Shown in pieces: positions 7,508 through 17,229 of a stretch of DNA of 18,927 nucleotides (within the stretch, counting starts at the first letter, position 1; each line of letters begins with the position of its first letter). The translations under genes and the position numbers were made by a program. The notes under the pieces were generated by a model that saw nothing but the letters and a program-made list of their open reading frames with translations, searched no databases and was not told where the DNA came from. The stretch is taken from IMG/VR virus record IMGVR_UViG_2585427785_000005. The stretch is one strand, 5' to 3'. The DNA is from a virus (taxonomy: Duplodnaviria > Heunggongvirae > Uroviricota > Caudoviricetes).

Positions 7508-10261
7508 TCAGCTAATCGTGATGCCTGCAGTGGCTTTCTTCATCACCACAACCAGCAAATCGCTGATACTTGCTGTGGGATACCAGTTATTTACCAGCCA
7601 TGCTGACACCGAAAACTCCAGTGTCATGTGACCGTGACCGGCAGGCATATCAATAACACCACTGTAAATCAGCGTATTATCCAGCGCGGTACGGTTATAA
7701 ATTTCAGCACCGTTTTTCCGCACTATCAGACGGCATGAGGAGTAAATATCAGTATGCTCTTTCTCATGTTTAGCGCCGCTGAATGCCACCGCCGGAATAA
7801 CAATCTGCCGGTCAAACGGCTGATCGTCATAAACCCTGACGGTAATGGTTCCTGATGGCCACCGCTCCGGTGCACGGGAGTCCCGGGGGAAAGCTTTGCC
7901 CACTGTTTTAACGAGATCGCCTTCAATCTGGTTCGCGGACAATTTTCCCAGAACCCGACAGTTCTCGTTAATCGTGACGTTGTTGAGCGTCCCGGAGTTC
8001 GCATTCACGTTACCGCTGATATCGGCATTTTTCGCCGTCAGCCGCCCGTCCGGTGTCAGGGAAAATGCCGGAGGATTACCGCCGCTGGTAATGGTGGGAG
8101 CCGTCAGATATTTCAGGAACACTTCATTCATAAATATCTGATCGCCCTGACCAACAAACATCGGCTTTGTGTTGCCATTCGCAGGATTAATCATCGCAAT
8201 CCTGTCTGCCGCCAGCAGCACCTGACTCTGCATTCCTGCTGGCGTATTCTCAATACCGGCACCGATACCCGCAATATAAAGGCGTCCGTCCTGCATCTGC
8301 TGCAGTTTCACGGCCCACATGCTGTTCAGGTTATTATTTGTATCAACCTGAACTTTCTGTATCTGCTGGATTGCCGCACTCTGATTTTCCAGTTTTTTAT
8401 TGACGGTCTGCGTGATTTCATTGCTGACATTCGTAATGGACGTCCTGATTTCAGCCAGGTCCGGCGCAAGCTGACCGTTATCAATCTGCGTCCACAGCTC
8501 CTGGGCCAGATGTGTTTTCCCGATTTCTCCTTTGAAAAAATCCAGGTAACCTTCCGCATCATCGCTCGCCCGACCGACAGCCTCCACGAATGCCGATTTG
8601 CCGACTGTATTCACACTGCGGATATAAAAATAATAATCATGGCCCGGCTTGATATTGATACTGGCAGCTATCCAGTACAGCGCCGAGCCAAGATAGCGGG
8701 CTGCGGTTTCAACCTGCCTGATATCCGCAATCCGCTTTTCTGAGAACCAGAACTCAAACTGTACCGTCGGATCATAAACGGCAAGATACGGCGTGGCGGT
8801 TATCTGAAAATAGCCCGGCGTCAGCTCAATCCGCGACGGCGCTGCCGGTGCGGCAATCCGGAACGATACCGATGCCGGATCGCCCTGCTGCCCCCACGCA
8901 TTTGCCGCCCGGACTGTCAGCCTGTAGTTTCCCAGCGCCAGTTGCGTGAAGCGGTATGTGGTTTCCGTCGTCCTGGCCGTGCTGACCAGCCGCTCACTGC
9001 CGTCATCCGCTGCCACGGTCAGGCGAAGCAGGAAGCTCACGCCCTTCACCACCTTCGGCGTGTCCCAGCGGGCCAGTACCTGATATTCCCCGCTGTCTGC
9101 GGTGACTTCGGCAGTCAGGTGCTGCACCGCTGGCGGCGTGACACCATTCACCGTGCCGCTCTGGTCGCCGTCAAAGTGCGCCCCGTTATCCACGATGGCT
9201 TCTTTTTCCGGTACATGCTGCACGGCGGTGATGGCATACGTGCCGTCATCGTTCTCACGGATACTCACGCAGCGGAACAGGCGCTGGCGCAACGTCGGCA
9301 GCTTCAGCCCCCATACGCTGTATTCAGCAACGCCGTCAGGAACACGGCTCACTTTCACCTTCACGCCGTCGGTGACGGACTGAACCTCCACGCTGACCGG
9401 ACTCCCCTGCCCGTCAACCAGGCTTATCAGCGTGGTGCCGGAAGATGGCAGCGTGATTTCACGGTCGAGCGTCAGCGTCCGGGTCTGGCTGTTTACCGCC
9501 AGCACGCGCCCGCCGGTGCGGATACCGGCATAGTCATCATCGCAGATTTCAATGACATCGCCCGGTACATGGCGAAGCCCTTCGGCACCCACGCTGAAGT
9601 CCACGGTCTGCGTTTCCAGCAGTTCTGTTTTAATCAGCCACAGCCCGGCGCGGTGTGCCTGCCCCCGGCTGGTACAGCCAAAAGCATCCATCTTCGTGAC
9701 GTTACGACCGTAACGGGCAATGGCCTGCGTGTCCTCCACAAGCTCTGTCGCCGTCTCCCAGCCGTTATTCGGGTCAATCCAGTTCACCTCAACGGCATTA
9801 TGGCGGTCCTTCAGGGCGCTGAAGCTGTAGCGGAACGGCGCACCATCATCCGGCATCACCACATTACTGCGGTTATAGGTCCACACCTTATCCGATGGCC
9901 GGTCCTGCACAAACGTCAGCGTCTGCCCGTTCCATACCGGCATACAGCGCATCGCCGAGCAGAAATCACTGAGCACATCCCACGCCTTGCGCTGCGTGGT
10001 CAGGTACGCATTACAGGTAATACGCGGCTCCGTGCCACCAAAGCCATCCGGCACCGACTGGTCGCAATTCTGGCCGATGACATACAGCGCCCATTTATCC
10101 ACATCCGCCGCACCAAGACGTTTCCCCATGCCGTAGCGCGGATGGGTCAGCATATCCCACAGACACCAGGCCATGTTGTTGCTGTATGCCGGTTTAAACG
10201 TTCCGTCCCAGATACCGCTGTACAGTTCATGATGCCAACCTGAAACGGCAGTGTTTCCCAC
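7508..10261 (-). CDS. J: tail tip / host specificity protein J, C-terminal ~900 aa (5'-truncated remnant with an open 917-codon frame)
   Basis: Large ORF in the lambda J position (upstream of lom and stf). The frame is open only from about 10285. The true N-terminal third of J and all head and tail-shaft genes are absent. Confidence 0.8.
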   Translation of the reverse strand: MGNTAVSGWHHELYSGIWDGTFKPAYSNNMAWCLWDMLTHPRYGMGKRLGAADVDKWALYVIGQNCDQSVPDGFGGTEPRITCNAYLTTQRKAWDVLSDFCSAMRCMPVWNGQTLTFVQDRPSDKVWTYNRSNVVMPDDGAPFRYSFSALKDRHNAVEVNWIDPNNGWETATELVEDTQAIARYGRNVTKMDAFGCTSRGQAHRAGLWLIKTELLETQTVDFSVGAEGLRHVPGDVIEICDDDYAGIRTGGRVLAVNSQTRTLTLDREITLPSSGTTLISLVDGQGSPVSVEVQSVTDGVKVKVSRVPDGVAEYSVWGLKLPTLRQRLFRCVSIRENDDGTYAITAVQHVPEKEAIVDNGAHFDGDQSGTVNGVTPPAVQHLTAEVTADSGEYQVLARWDTPKVVKGVSFLLRLTVAADDGSERLVSTARTTETTYRFTQLALGNYRLTVRAANAWGQQGDPASVSFRIAAPAAPSRIELTPGYFQITATPYLAVYDPTVQFEFWFSEKRIADIRQVETAARYLGSALYWIAASINIKPGHDYYFYIRSVNTVGKSAFVEAVGRASDDAEGYLDFFKGEIGKTHLAQELWTQIDNGQLAPDLAEIRTSITNVSNEITQTVNKKLENQSAAIQQIQKVQVDTNNNLNSMWAVKLQQMQDGRLYIAGIGAGIENTPAGMQSQVLLAADRIAMINPANGNTKPMFVGQGDQIFMNEVFLKYLTAPTITSGGNPPAFSLTPDGRLTAKNADISGNVNANSGTLNNVTINENCRVLGKLSANQIEGDLVKTVGKAFPRDSRAPERWPSGTITVRVYDDQPFDRQIVIPAVAFSGAKHEKEHTDIYSSCRLIVRKNGAEIYNRTALDNTLIYSGVIDMPAGHGHMTLEFSVSAWLVNNWYPTASISDLLVVVMKKATAGITIS

Positions 10262-10452
10262 CGCCCCGGGGTATAAGACGACTCTTTAGGAAGGTAATAA
10301 TGTTTATTGGCCCACTGAACTGTCGTCAGTGGAACAGGAATAATGAGAGATAAAAGCCCTGTAGCTATCGCACCGGCTGCATTAGCTGCCTTCTGTGCGT
10401 CTGAAATCATCGATCCACCCGCCCACGTTTTCACCGGCCTTAGCTGCAACAT
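10147..10452 (-). pseudogene. A: terminase large subunit (gpA), N-terminal ~75-codon fragment; homology ends near 10213
   Basis: ...[34 protein letters not shown] parallels the lambda gpA N-terminus ([33 protein letters not shown]). After that the frame reads through J-derived sequence in the wrong frame to a stop. Confidence 0.75.
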
Positions 10453-10930
10453 TGGAGGCTTTCGCGATTTCAGTTTTCACCACATCAAGGTGTGATGGTG
10501 AAATGTCCGGATATTTACGCTGTAATGTCAACGGCACACGCACAAGTATCCCCGAAATCTCCTGTGCCACACGTTGCAGAATGAAGGTAAATAGTTCAGT
10601 TTCCAGCACCACTCCGTCTTCACGGGCATTTTTCAGTTCCTGCGCATCTGCCTGCGCTTTTGTGAGCCGGTAGCGTTCATAGTCAATGGTGCCGGGTTGT
10701 AAATCTGACTCCGCTGCCGCACGCAAATCGGCCAGTTCTTTGCGGAGCTTTTCGTTTTCGATATCAGTTTCCCTCTGCGCATACCACTGAATTGCCATGG
10801 CAGTATCAAATACAGATTCAATGCCCTTACTGCCTTTGGAGACGCAAGGGAGCCCCTGAGACTGCCAGCGTTCAATCGTCCGCGGGTCCACGTTAAAAAT
10901 TTCGGCAAGCCTCTTTTTATTAACCTTCAT
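10382..10930 (-). CDS. nu1: terminase small subunit (Nu1-like, 182 aa)
   Basis: [28 protein letters not shown]...[29 protein letters not shown] closely parallels lambda Nu1. Start taken at the ATG at 10930 rather than the track start at 10975. Confidence 0.9.
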   Translation of the reverse strand: MKVNKKRLAEIFNVDPRTIERWQSQGLPCVSKGSKGIESVFDTAMAIQWYAQRETDIENEKLRKELADLRAAAESDLQPGTIDYERYRLTKAQADAQELKNAREDGVVLETELFTFILQRVAQEISGILVRVPLTLQRKYPDISPSHLDVVKTEIAKASNVAAKAGENVGGWIDDFRRTEGS

Positions 10931-10939
10931 AGAACAACT

Positions 10940-11120
10940 CATTATCAAATACAAGGCCCGACATGAAAACGCCAAAAAAAGGCATTTTCGGACACTTTCA
11001 TGTCGGACATTTATGAATGCAATATTAAAAAAAACAAAAAGTTATATTCGAGAAGTACCGACACGATTTTCCCTGAAAAATTTTCATAAATAGTGAAAAA
11101 CCGCGAGGTCGCCGCCCCGT
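10940..11120 (-). promoter_or_regulatory. cos site: cosN (cohesive-end sequence at 11106-11117) plus cosB-like repeated TerS-binding elements
   Basis: The minus strand reads GGGGCGGCGACCTCGCGGTTTTTCACTATTTATGAAAATTTT, almost identical to the left end of lambda cos as I remember it. Between cosN and the Nu1 start there are three copies of a TGTCCGAC/TCGGACA-like element (10947-10998). Confidence 0.85.
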
Positions 11121-11340
11121 AACGATCTGGATCACCGGAAAGGACCCGCCAACGACTTTCGCGTGCAGGCATTAAAAATTTTGCAGTTCCATGCCTAGTT
11201 GAAACCTCGATTTCTATAACATCCAATTTTGTAAATTTAGATATAGCTCAACTTTTCCCAATGTTTTCAAGTGTATAAAAACAATTGGCGTTACGCCATA
11301 ACACTATACTTAGGATAAGTAAAGATTTTAAGGAGTTTTA

Positions 11341-12408
11341 ATGAGTCAACATCAATATTATCCACAGCTGAAATGGAAGCCTGCTGAATATGAATCTCTG
11401 ATGCTTTTAGATCAAACTACGCTCTCTGGTTTTACTCCGATCATTACCATTCCAGACATAGACTGGGATTATGAAAACGAATGCTACAAGAAGAGTTTGA
11501 GTTCTTACTTATCTGACTTCGGTATTAACCTTGCGGCATCCTGGAAAGCCAATCGTCCTGTTTTGCTGGATGTTAAATATTTAGATAAACATGGTTCGAG
11601 CCGCCATCATCCTCTAGATATGTGTATCCAAGATGCTAGAGTAAATGGTAAGGAAATTATCCCTGTTGTTTCTCCCGCATATTCAACAAACTATATACAT
11701 GCTGTTCAACGCAACTTAATCAATGGGCTCGCTATATCTATCACCCCCCAGACATGGCACCAATTCACAAGTCTGGTTAACCACTTAAATATTCATCCTA
11801 GTTTAATTGATGTAATCATTGATTTTGGAGATATTCAAAACGCAACTGATAGTTTAAAACAACAAGCATTAAGCATGGTCAACACATTATCAGGCCAAGC
11901 TCCGTGGAGAAACTTGATTTTATCTTCAACCGCATACCCGGCATCACAGGCAGGGATACCGCAACATCAAGTCCATCATATTCCGCGCCATGAATACGAT
12001 CTTTGGATGTACGTAGTACAGAATTTTAGCAATGGAAGAACGCCAAGTTTTAGTGATTATCCCACCGCTAGCTCTACCATTACGAGCGTAGACCCACGCT
12101 TCATGTCTCAGTATGTCTCAGTGAGATATTCGAACGATACCTCATGGATCTTTGTAAAAGGTACCGCAGTTAAAGGAAATGGATGGGGCCAAACTAAAAA
12201 CTTATGTACTACCCTTGTTAGTTCGCCAGAGTATCAAGTCTTTGGCTCCAAATTTAGTTGGGGGGATGATTACATTTACCAAAGATCATTAGGCGCTAAC
12301 AAATCTGGCGGCTCTAAAGAATGGCGTAAAGTTGCACATACGCACCATATTACGTTAGTCGTGAGACAGCTTTATTGGTTGGCGCAGACTCAGCCTGCCA
12401 AGCCTTAA
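11341..12408 (+). CDS. hypothetical protein, 355 aa (moron gene; possibly beta / sce7725-like family, unverified)
   Basis: Intact ORF in low-GC DNA with AAGGAG 7 nt before the ATG and an AT-rich promoter-like region at 11220-11335. No catalytic motif I can name by eye. Confidence 0.7.
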   Translation: MSQHQYYPQLKWKPAEYESLMLLDQTTLSGFTPIITIPDIDWDYENECYKKSLSSYLSDFGINLAASWKANRPVLLDVKYLDKHGSSRHHPLDMCIQDARVNGKEIIPVVSPAYSTNYIHAVQRNLINGLAISITPQTWHQFTSLVNHLNIHPSLIDVIIDFGDIQNATDSLKQQALSMVNTLSGQAPWRNLILSSTAYPASQAGIPQHQVHHIPRHEYDLWMYVVQNFSNGRTPSFSDYPTASSTITSVDPRFMSQYVSVRYSNDTSWIFVKGTAVKGNGWGQTKNLCTTLVSSPEYQVFGSKFSWGDDYIYQRSLGANKSGGSKEWRKVAHTHHITLVVRQLYWLAQTQPAKP

Positions 12409-12970
12409 CTTTCCAGCCTACGCGTTTCTTTAAGGCTGTTCTGACTTCAAGCCTGAGATTCGCTATTGGAATATTTTCCGCAATAATATTCCATAACTCA
12501 AATCGGGGCTTGCTTTTGATTCCTTTGGAATAGCCCCATCGTTCAAGTACGTCGATACATTCATCTTTCCAAAGCAATTGAGCGAGCATCAATGTGTCAT
12601 GGTTTCGATTAAGCTTTTCTCCACGCATGTGCTTTATAAGAATGGCGCCTTTTGGCCCAACAGAAACCGTTTTAACGCCCCACCAACCTGGGATTAACTT
12701 TAATGCTCCCTCAAGGTGTTTCTCAGCTACGACAAGAGTAACCTTGTCCATTACAGAAGAATAATGCTTGATTTGAAGAGGCAAACGCTCCAAAGAGTCA
12801 TATTCACTTTTGAGCTCGTACCCGTGTATAACACCATTTATTACAGCAATGTCTGCTCTACTGGCGCCAAGGGATATGGAAAATTCATCGACCACAAGGC
12901 AGTCTGGATCTAAATGCGATTCTTTCAAAAGCTTATGATGCACCGCGAACCTAACATCTTGATCTTTCAT
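12350..12970 (-). CDS. hypothetical protein, 206 aa, with a PD-(D/E)xK nuclease-like core (possibly sce7726-like, unverified)
   Basis: Intact ORF with AGGAGA before the ATG and a perfect TATAAT (minus strand, 12999-13004) upstream. The N-terminal region has D40-x11-E52-L-K54 in a hydrophobic context (RADIAVINGVIHGYELKSEYD). Confidence 0.7.
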   Translation of the reverse strand: MKDQDVRFAVHHKLLKESHLDPDCLVVDEFSISLGASRADIAVINGVIHGYELKSEYDSLERLPLQIKHYSSVMDKVTLVVAEKHLEGALKLIPGWWGVKTVSVGPKGAILIKHMRGEKLNRNHDTLMLAQLLWKDECIDVLERWGYSKGIKSKPRFELWNIIAENIPIANLRLEVRTALKKRVGWKVKAWQAESAPTNKAVSRLT

Positions 12971-13321
12971 GACTTCTCCTTACTCCCTCCGTTATTGAAT
13001 TATAGCGCACTGCATTTTACTGCATTTGAGAGATTTGACCACTTCAATCACAAAATGCTTATCTGCAGCAACAAGATTCATAGCCATACGACTATGGTGA
13101 TTACCTTTTGTCTGGAAAACTGACCATTCCACGAAGATCAGATAGGTCTATAGAATCTTGGTTTGTCATAGCGTTCGTCTTACTTTGAGATGAACCTTTG
13201 CTGCATAGGAGATCAGCCCGTCAAGGCTCACCAGCACTAACTGACTACTCAAAGGCTCATTCCAAAGGGTTTGGTTCGACGTGGTTGAGTGCGCTGCGGT
13301 GCGCGGTGAAATACCTGTACA

Positions 13322-13349
13322 AAAATGCCCCGCATCTGCGAGGCATTTT
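13322..13349 (-). terminator. candidate terminator after Rz (bidirectional AAAATGCC...GGCATTTT stem)
   Basis: Hairpin with an A/T-run stem about 38 nt downstream of the Rz stop. Confidence 0.4.
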
Positions 13350-13386
13350 CCTGAAAGTCACGTATTAAATTTCAGTGAAATTAAAA

Positions 13387-13860
13387 TTATTTTAAGCACT
13401 GCGTCCTGATGTACTCCTGCAGGTAGTTGACCTGAGCGGTTATCTTGTCGATTCCACTTCGGAGACGGTAATAATTGAGTTCAGCATCTGCTGTAAGTCT
13501 TGGGCTTTCTCCATCGCCCATGCTGCTGGCTCCGGTCGTTGACTTTGCACAGGTGGCGGCGACTTGCAGGCGCTTACGCCCAGCAGAAACATCAGCACGA
13601 AGACTTTCGATAGTCGCGTTAGCATCAGCAAGCTCCTTTGTGTATCTGGCGTCGAGTTCTGCTACATCACGCTGACGCATCTGCATGTCAGTAATTGCCA
13701 CGTTCGCCAGCTTCAGTTCTCTGGCATTTTTGTCGCGCTGGGCTTTGTAGGTAATGGCGTTATCACGGTAATGATTAACAGCCCATGACAGGCAGACGAT
13801 GGTGCAGATAACCAGAGTATAAATAATCGCTGCGACTCTGCTCACTGATCTATCCCCCAA
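13387..13860 (-). CDS. Rz: i-spanin Rz
   Basis: 157 aa with an N-terminal transmembrane segment ([18 protein letters not shown]) then a coiled-coil-like region, closely lambda Rz-like (...[26 protein letters not shown]...). Overlaps the endolysin stop. Confidence 0.85.
   Translation of the reverse strand: MGDRSVSRVAAIIYTLVICTIVCLSWAVNHYRDNAITYKAQRDKNARELKLANVAITDMQMRQRDVAELDARYTKELADANATIESLRADVSAGRKRLQVAATCAKSTTGASSMGDGESPRLTADAELNYYRLRSGIDKITAQVNYLQEYIRTQCLK
13440..13631 (-). CDS. Rz1: o-spanin Rz1 (lipoprotein) embedded in the +1 frame of Rz
   Basis: Embedded ORF with a lipobox-like LLGVSAC followed by a proline-rich stretch [13 protein letters not shown], as in lambda Rz1. Confidence 0.6.
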   Translation of the reverse strand: MLMLTRLSKVFVLMFLLGVSACKSPPPVQSQRPEPAAWAMEKAQDLQQMLNSIITVSEVESTR

Positions 13861-14375
13861 CAGGCTAATGCGCTTTCCTGGTCACGACGAATAACCTGTC
13901 CATAGCAGTTATTTGAACGTATGCGGCAATCGCGCCCACCATCTTTTATCCACCAGCGAATCGCCTCGCATGCGCCCTTACGATCACCGGCATTCAGCCG
14001 CTTATAAAACGTCGACGGGAAACACTTACCGGGGCCAATGTTATAGGGACAGAATGACGCTATACCCGCTTTCTGTGGTTCGGTCAGTGGTACTTTAATA
14101 TTGCGCTCCACCCATGCCAGCGCCTTATCACGTTCAATAGCGTTAACCTGGTCGCATTTTTCCTTCGACAGCTTCATTCCCGGTATGACGGGCTTACCAT
14201 CCACCATTGTGGCACCACGACAGATGGTCCATATACCGGAACCATCGCGGTATGCCGTAGTGTGGTTACCCTCTTTTTCATCCAGAAACTGGTCAAGTAT
14301 TTGAGGAGCAGACGCGCCTGCAGCAATCAGCGCCAGAACAGCAGCTGACAGGCCGTATTTGATTTTTGCGCTCAT
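13842..14375 (-). CDS. R: SAR endolysin (T4-lysozyme-type muramidase, phage 21 R-like)
   Basis: 177 aa with an N-terminal signal-anchor-release region [24 protein letters not shown] and a catalytic E-x8-D-x5-T arrangement ([16 protein letters not shown]). Confidence 0.92.
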   Translation of the reverse strand: MSAKIKYGLSAAVLALIAAGASAPQILDQFLDEKEGNHTTAYRDGSGIWTICRGATMVDGKPVIPGMKLSKEKCDQVNAIERDKALAWVERNIKVPLTEPQKAGIASFCPYNIGPGKCFPSTFYKRLNAGDRKGACEAIRWWIKDGGRDCRIRSNNCYGQVIRRDQESALACWGIDQ

Positions 14376-14430
14376 GGATATTTATCAGGATGCTACCAAT
14401 GAAAGATACTGGAAAGCCAACTGCAAAAAG

Positions 14431-14745
14431 CTAACAACCCGTAATCGAGTTATCAGAACTGTTAATTTTTATGGTATACCGCGCCTCTGAACAGGGGCGC
14501 GTTTCTGGCAACAGCTCGTCCCCTTCACATAACCCGGCAGCAACATCCAGGAAGACCTGTCTGATGCTCCTTCTGGCTGCTGCCTCATAAAACTCCAGCG
14601 CGGCACCTTCAACACGGTCCAGCGAGATGTCCAGGTCAAAAATTTCACCGTCAAAGCGTTTTTTGTCCCGTAACGCTAAAGTTACCGTAACTTTATTCTC
14701 AAAATTGCGGATCCCTTTCACAATCAGTTCATAGTTTTGAGTCAT
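14431..14745 (-). CDS. hypothetical 104-aa protein between holin and endolysin (YdfR / DUF1327-like by position and size, from memory)
   Basis: ORF begins 4 nt after the holin stop, suggesting translational coupling. Acidic, no transmembrane segment. Confidence 0.55.
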   Translation of the reverse strand: MTQNYELIVKGIRNFENKVTVTLALRDKKRFDGEIFDLDISLDRVEGAALEFYEAAARRSIRQVFLDVAAGLCEGDELLPETRPCSEARYTIKINSSDNSITGC

Positions 14746-14749
14746 TGAA

Positions 14750-14965
14750 TTACTCTCCCCGTGCAGCCTTACGACGGTCCTCTCTGATTTTGAAATACAG
14801 GTTAGTCAGATATGTCAGCAGCCCAAACAGCAGACTCCCCAGCACGCCTATTGCCGCCCACTGAGACGGGGAAACCCTGTCCAGCAACTGCAGGAACCAG
14901 TAGCCCGTTCCCACCGCTGACGTGGTGTATGACACACCTGTTGTGATTTTTTCCATCTGGTACAT
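14750..14965 (-). CDS. S: class II holin / pinholin (phage 21 S-like, ~71 aa)
   Basis: [71 protein letters not shown] has two transmembrane segments and a charged C-tail. Dual Met starts (M1, M4) are typical of holin/antiholin pairs. The longer track ORF to 15043 runs through the upstream terminator. Confidence 0.85.
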   Translation of the reverse strand: MYQMEKITTGVSYTTSAVGTGYWFLQLLDRVSPSQWAAIGVLGSLLFGLLTYLTNLYFKIREDRRKAARGE

Positions 14966-14995
14966 ACCCCATCTCCCGTTATCCGGAAGCTGACA

Positions 14996-15031
14996 ACAAT
15001 AAAAAAAGCCACCAGTTAAGTACTGATGGCT
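14996..15031 (-). terminator. intrinsic terminator between the esterase gene and the lysis cassette
   Basis: Minus strand AGCCATCAG-loop-CTGGTGGCT followed by TTTTTTTATT. Confidence 0.5.
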
Positions 15032-15115
15032 CTGATAACTCATGCAGGCATCTCAGACGACCCACTGACACTACCGGTGAGTTTAACGATACCTTCCATT
15101 TGACTGGCTCACTTT

Positions 15116-16969
15116 TTATGATGATGCCGGTGCATTTATCTCCAGCACCAGACTTTCTATCTCAACGCCATACGCTGCATTTTTTGTAACATCCGTCAGC
15201 GTCAGCGCATTCAGCCCCAGTGTCAGACTGTCTTTTATGACCTGGAATGCCGGGCCAGCCACTCCATTCAGTTTCGGAGTAACCGTGACACTGCCGGCGG
15301 TGAACACCAGCTCCAGCGTCTGCCAGTCGTTACCGTAATCGCCGAACTCCCCCAGCTTCGTGTTTCCGGCTTTCCTGTGATGCATCAGATTCAGTTTGCC
15401 GTCTGTGGTCTGGGTGAAGAACGACATCAGGAACGGGTTACCAGTCCCGGTCATCGCCACGACGTCAGGTAACGCTACATCGGTATACAGATAAATTCCC
15501 AGACCGAACTGGTTGTTGGTCAGTGCGCCTGACAGTCGAAACTTACAGCTCAGTCTGCCACCCCGTGTCAGCAGGGAGACTGCGTCATCCACCGGATGCA
15601 TCAGGGACCAGGTTTTATTGCTCTGCTTGGTGATCTTAAATACACCATCTGACAACTGAATTCCGCCATTCTTAATGCTCCAGCCCTGCGCAGCAGCATC
15701 TCCGGCTGTCGGCAACAGGGAGATTGTGCGTACGGATGCATCTTCAGACGGCCCCGATGGCGTGTCGCCGCCGGGCGAGGGTTTGATTTCCGGTGCCTTA
15801 CCACTAATGAAGGCTAAGGTGCGACCGGCTACGTTCAGAATAGCAGTTGCCATACGATCGGGAATAATGCCACGACGCGCCCATGAGCTGAAATGCGTCG
15901 GGCGATTTGATGATACCCAGTTTTTGTTCGTTCGGGATGCCGAACCGTAATAACCAGACCCGGCAATATCAGGATCTTCTGACGGGTTGTTTGTCGGTGT
16001 ATTAACTCCGCTACCATCGGTCATAAAGGGAACAAAATAAATCTGCTGGGATTCTTTACCTTTATATGCACCATATACCACTTCATATTGCGTACCGTGT
16101 TCTTGTTTCCACGCGTATGTCGTGTCGCCACAAATTCAGGGGACTGATGCCGGACTTCCACCGTGACACTGCGCCGCCAGCCCGGCAAGGTCAGCACGGA
16201 ACTGCTGTACCATTGCAAGAAATGCTGCTGGCTGCTGGGCGTAACTGGCATTCGTCATATCGAATTCCCCCTGCATCCAGCATATCGCCAGCAAAACGTT
16301 TTTCGGGTTTTTCTGCAATGCTGCCTTCGTGCGGAAAAGCAGATCCTGATATAACGGCTTACCCACTCCCCAGCGAGCCGAATCCTGACTGGCCCCCGTG
16401 GACTCGCTGAATGTCCCCTCCGTGCCCTGGGTGAATGCCGAACCACCACGACAGCATGGTACCAGCAGGATCCCCGCGTTATTAGGGATATACGGAAGCA
16501 GTTTTTTGGCAATATGTAAGCCCTGTCCGACACAGCCGTACTGCCCTTTGCTCAGGTCAGCCCGGGGATGATTAATCGTACTCATATCCTGAACATCATG
16601 CAGACAATGGTCAGCAGGAATGATGTCGTTAAATACGCATACTTCACCACCGGGAGTCACTGTGTTACGACGGGCCAGTTGCTTAATGCGCGGATGGGGC
16701 GCATCGTATGAATCCGGAAGCGGAAGCCCTTCACCGTAAGCCATGGCATTGGATTGCCCGGCCAGTACGATGACGTAGTACCACTCCGGCTCAGTTGCAC
16801 CACTGACGACCACATCACCTTCTGCTGCAATCGCCTGCATCAGGGTATAAGGGGTTATGGCCACCGGACTACCAAACGGCTGCCAGCCCTCTTTCAGTTT
16901 ATGTGTCAGCTTTTCCGCAAGATCTGACGGCGACGCCGCCCTGACAACATCATAGTGTTTAAATGCCAT
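15116..16969 (-). pseudogene. NanS-p-like sialate O-acetylesterase (DUF1737 N-terminus plus SGNH-type esterase plus C-terminal domain) interrupted by an in-frame TGA at 16136-16138
   Basis: N-terminus MAFKHYDVVRAASPSDLAEKLTHKLKEGWQPFGSPV and a GQSN esterase motif (YYVIVLAGQSNAMAY). The two track ORFs (16136-16984 and 15116-16081) are in the same frame, separated only by one TGA and 18 sense codons. Confidence 0.75.
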
Positions 16970-17162
16970 GGTTCTTTCCACCATCTGAAAAATGATTCTT
17001 TAAAATACCTGACATGTAATACAGAAAAAACACAAAACCATACCTTAAATAAAAACCTCATCATCAAGCAGATATGCATGGATAAACTACAAGACGAGAT
17101 ATAAACCACCCTGCATTTAAATAAACAATAAACAACATCAGAAAAATAATTCTGCTCTATGG

Positions 17163-17189
17163 TTTACAATCAAAAATATCATTTATACT
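17163..17189 (+). promoter_or_regulatory. candidate sigma70 promoter for the 17230 ORF
   Basis: TTTACA-15 nt-TATACT lying 40 nt upstream of the ATG, in a very AT-rich divergent intergenic region. Confidence 0.3.
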
Positions 17190-17229
17190 TTTCAGAACAT
17201 CACCAGCAAGGCATAAACAAGGAAACTAA

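Noticed and set aside
8942-10243. 433-aa plus-strand ORF
   Set aside because: Lies entirely antisense to the J gene in GC-rich DNA and is Arg/His/Pro-rich with low complexity. A typical spurious antisense frame.
11011-11226. 71-aa minus-strand ORF
   Set aside because: Overlaps cosN and the cosB repeats. This region is a DNA packaging site, not coding.
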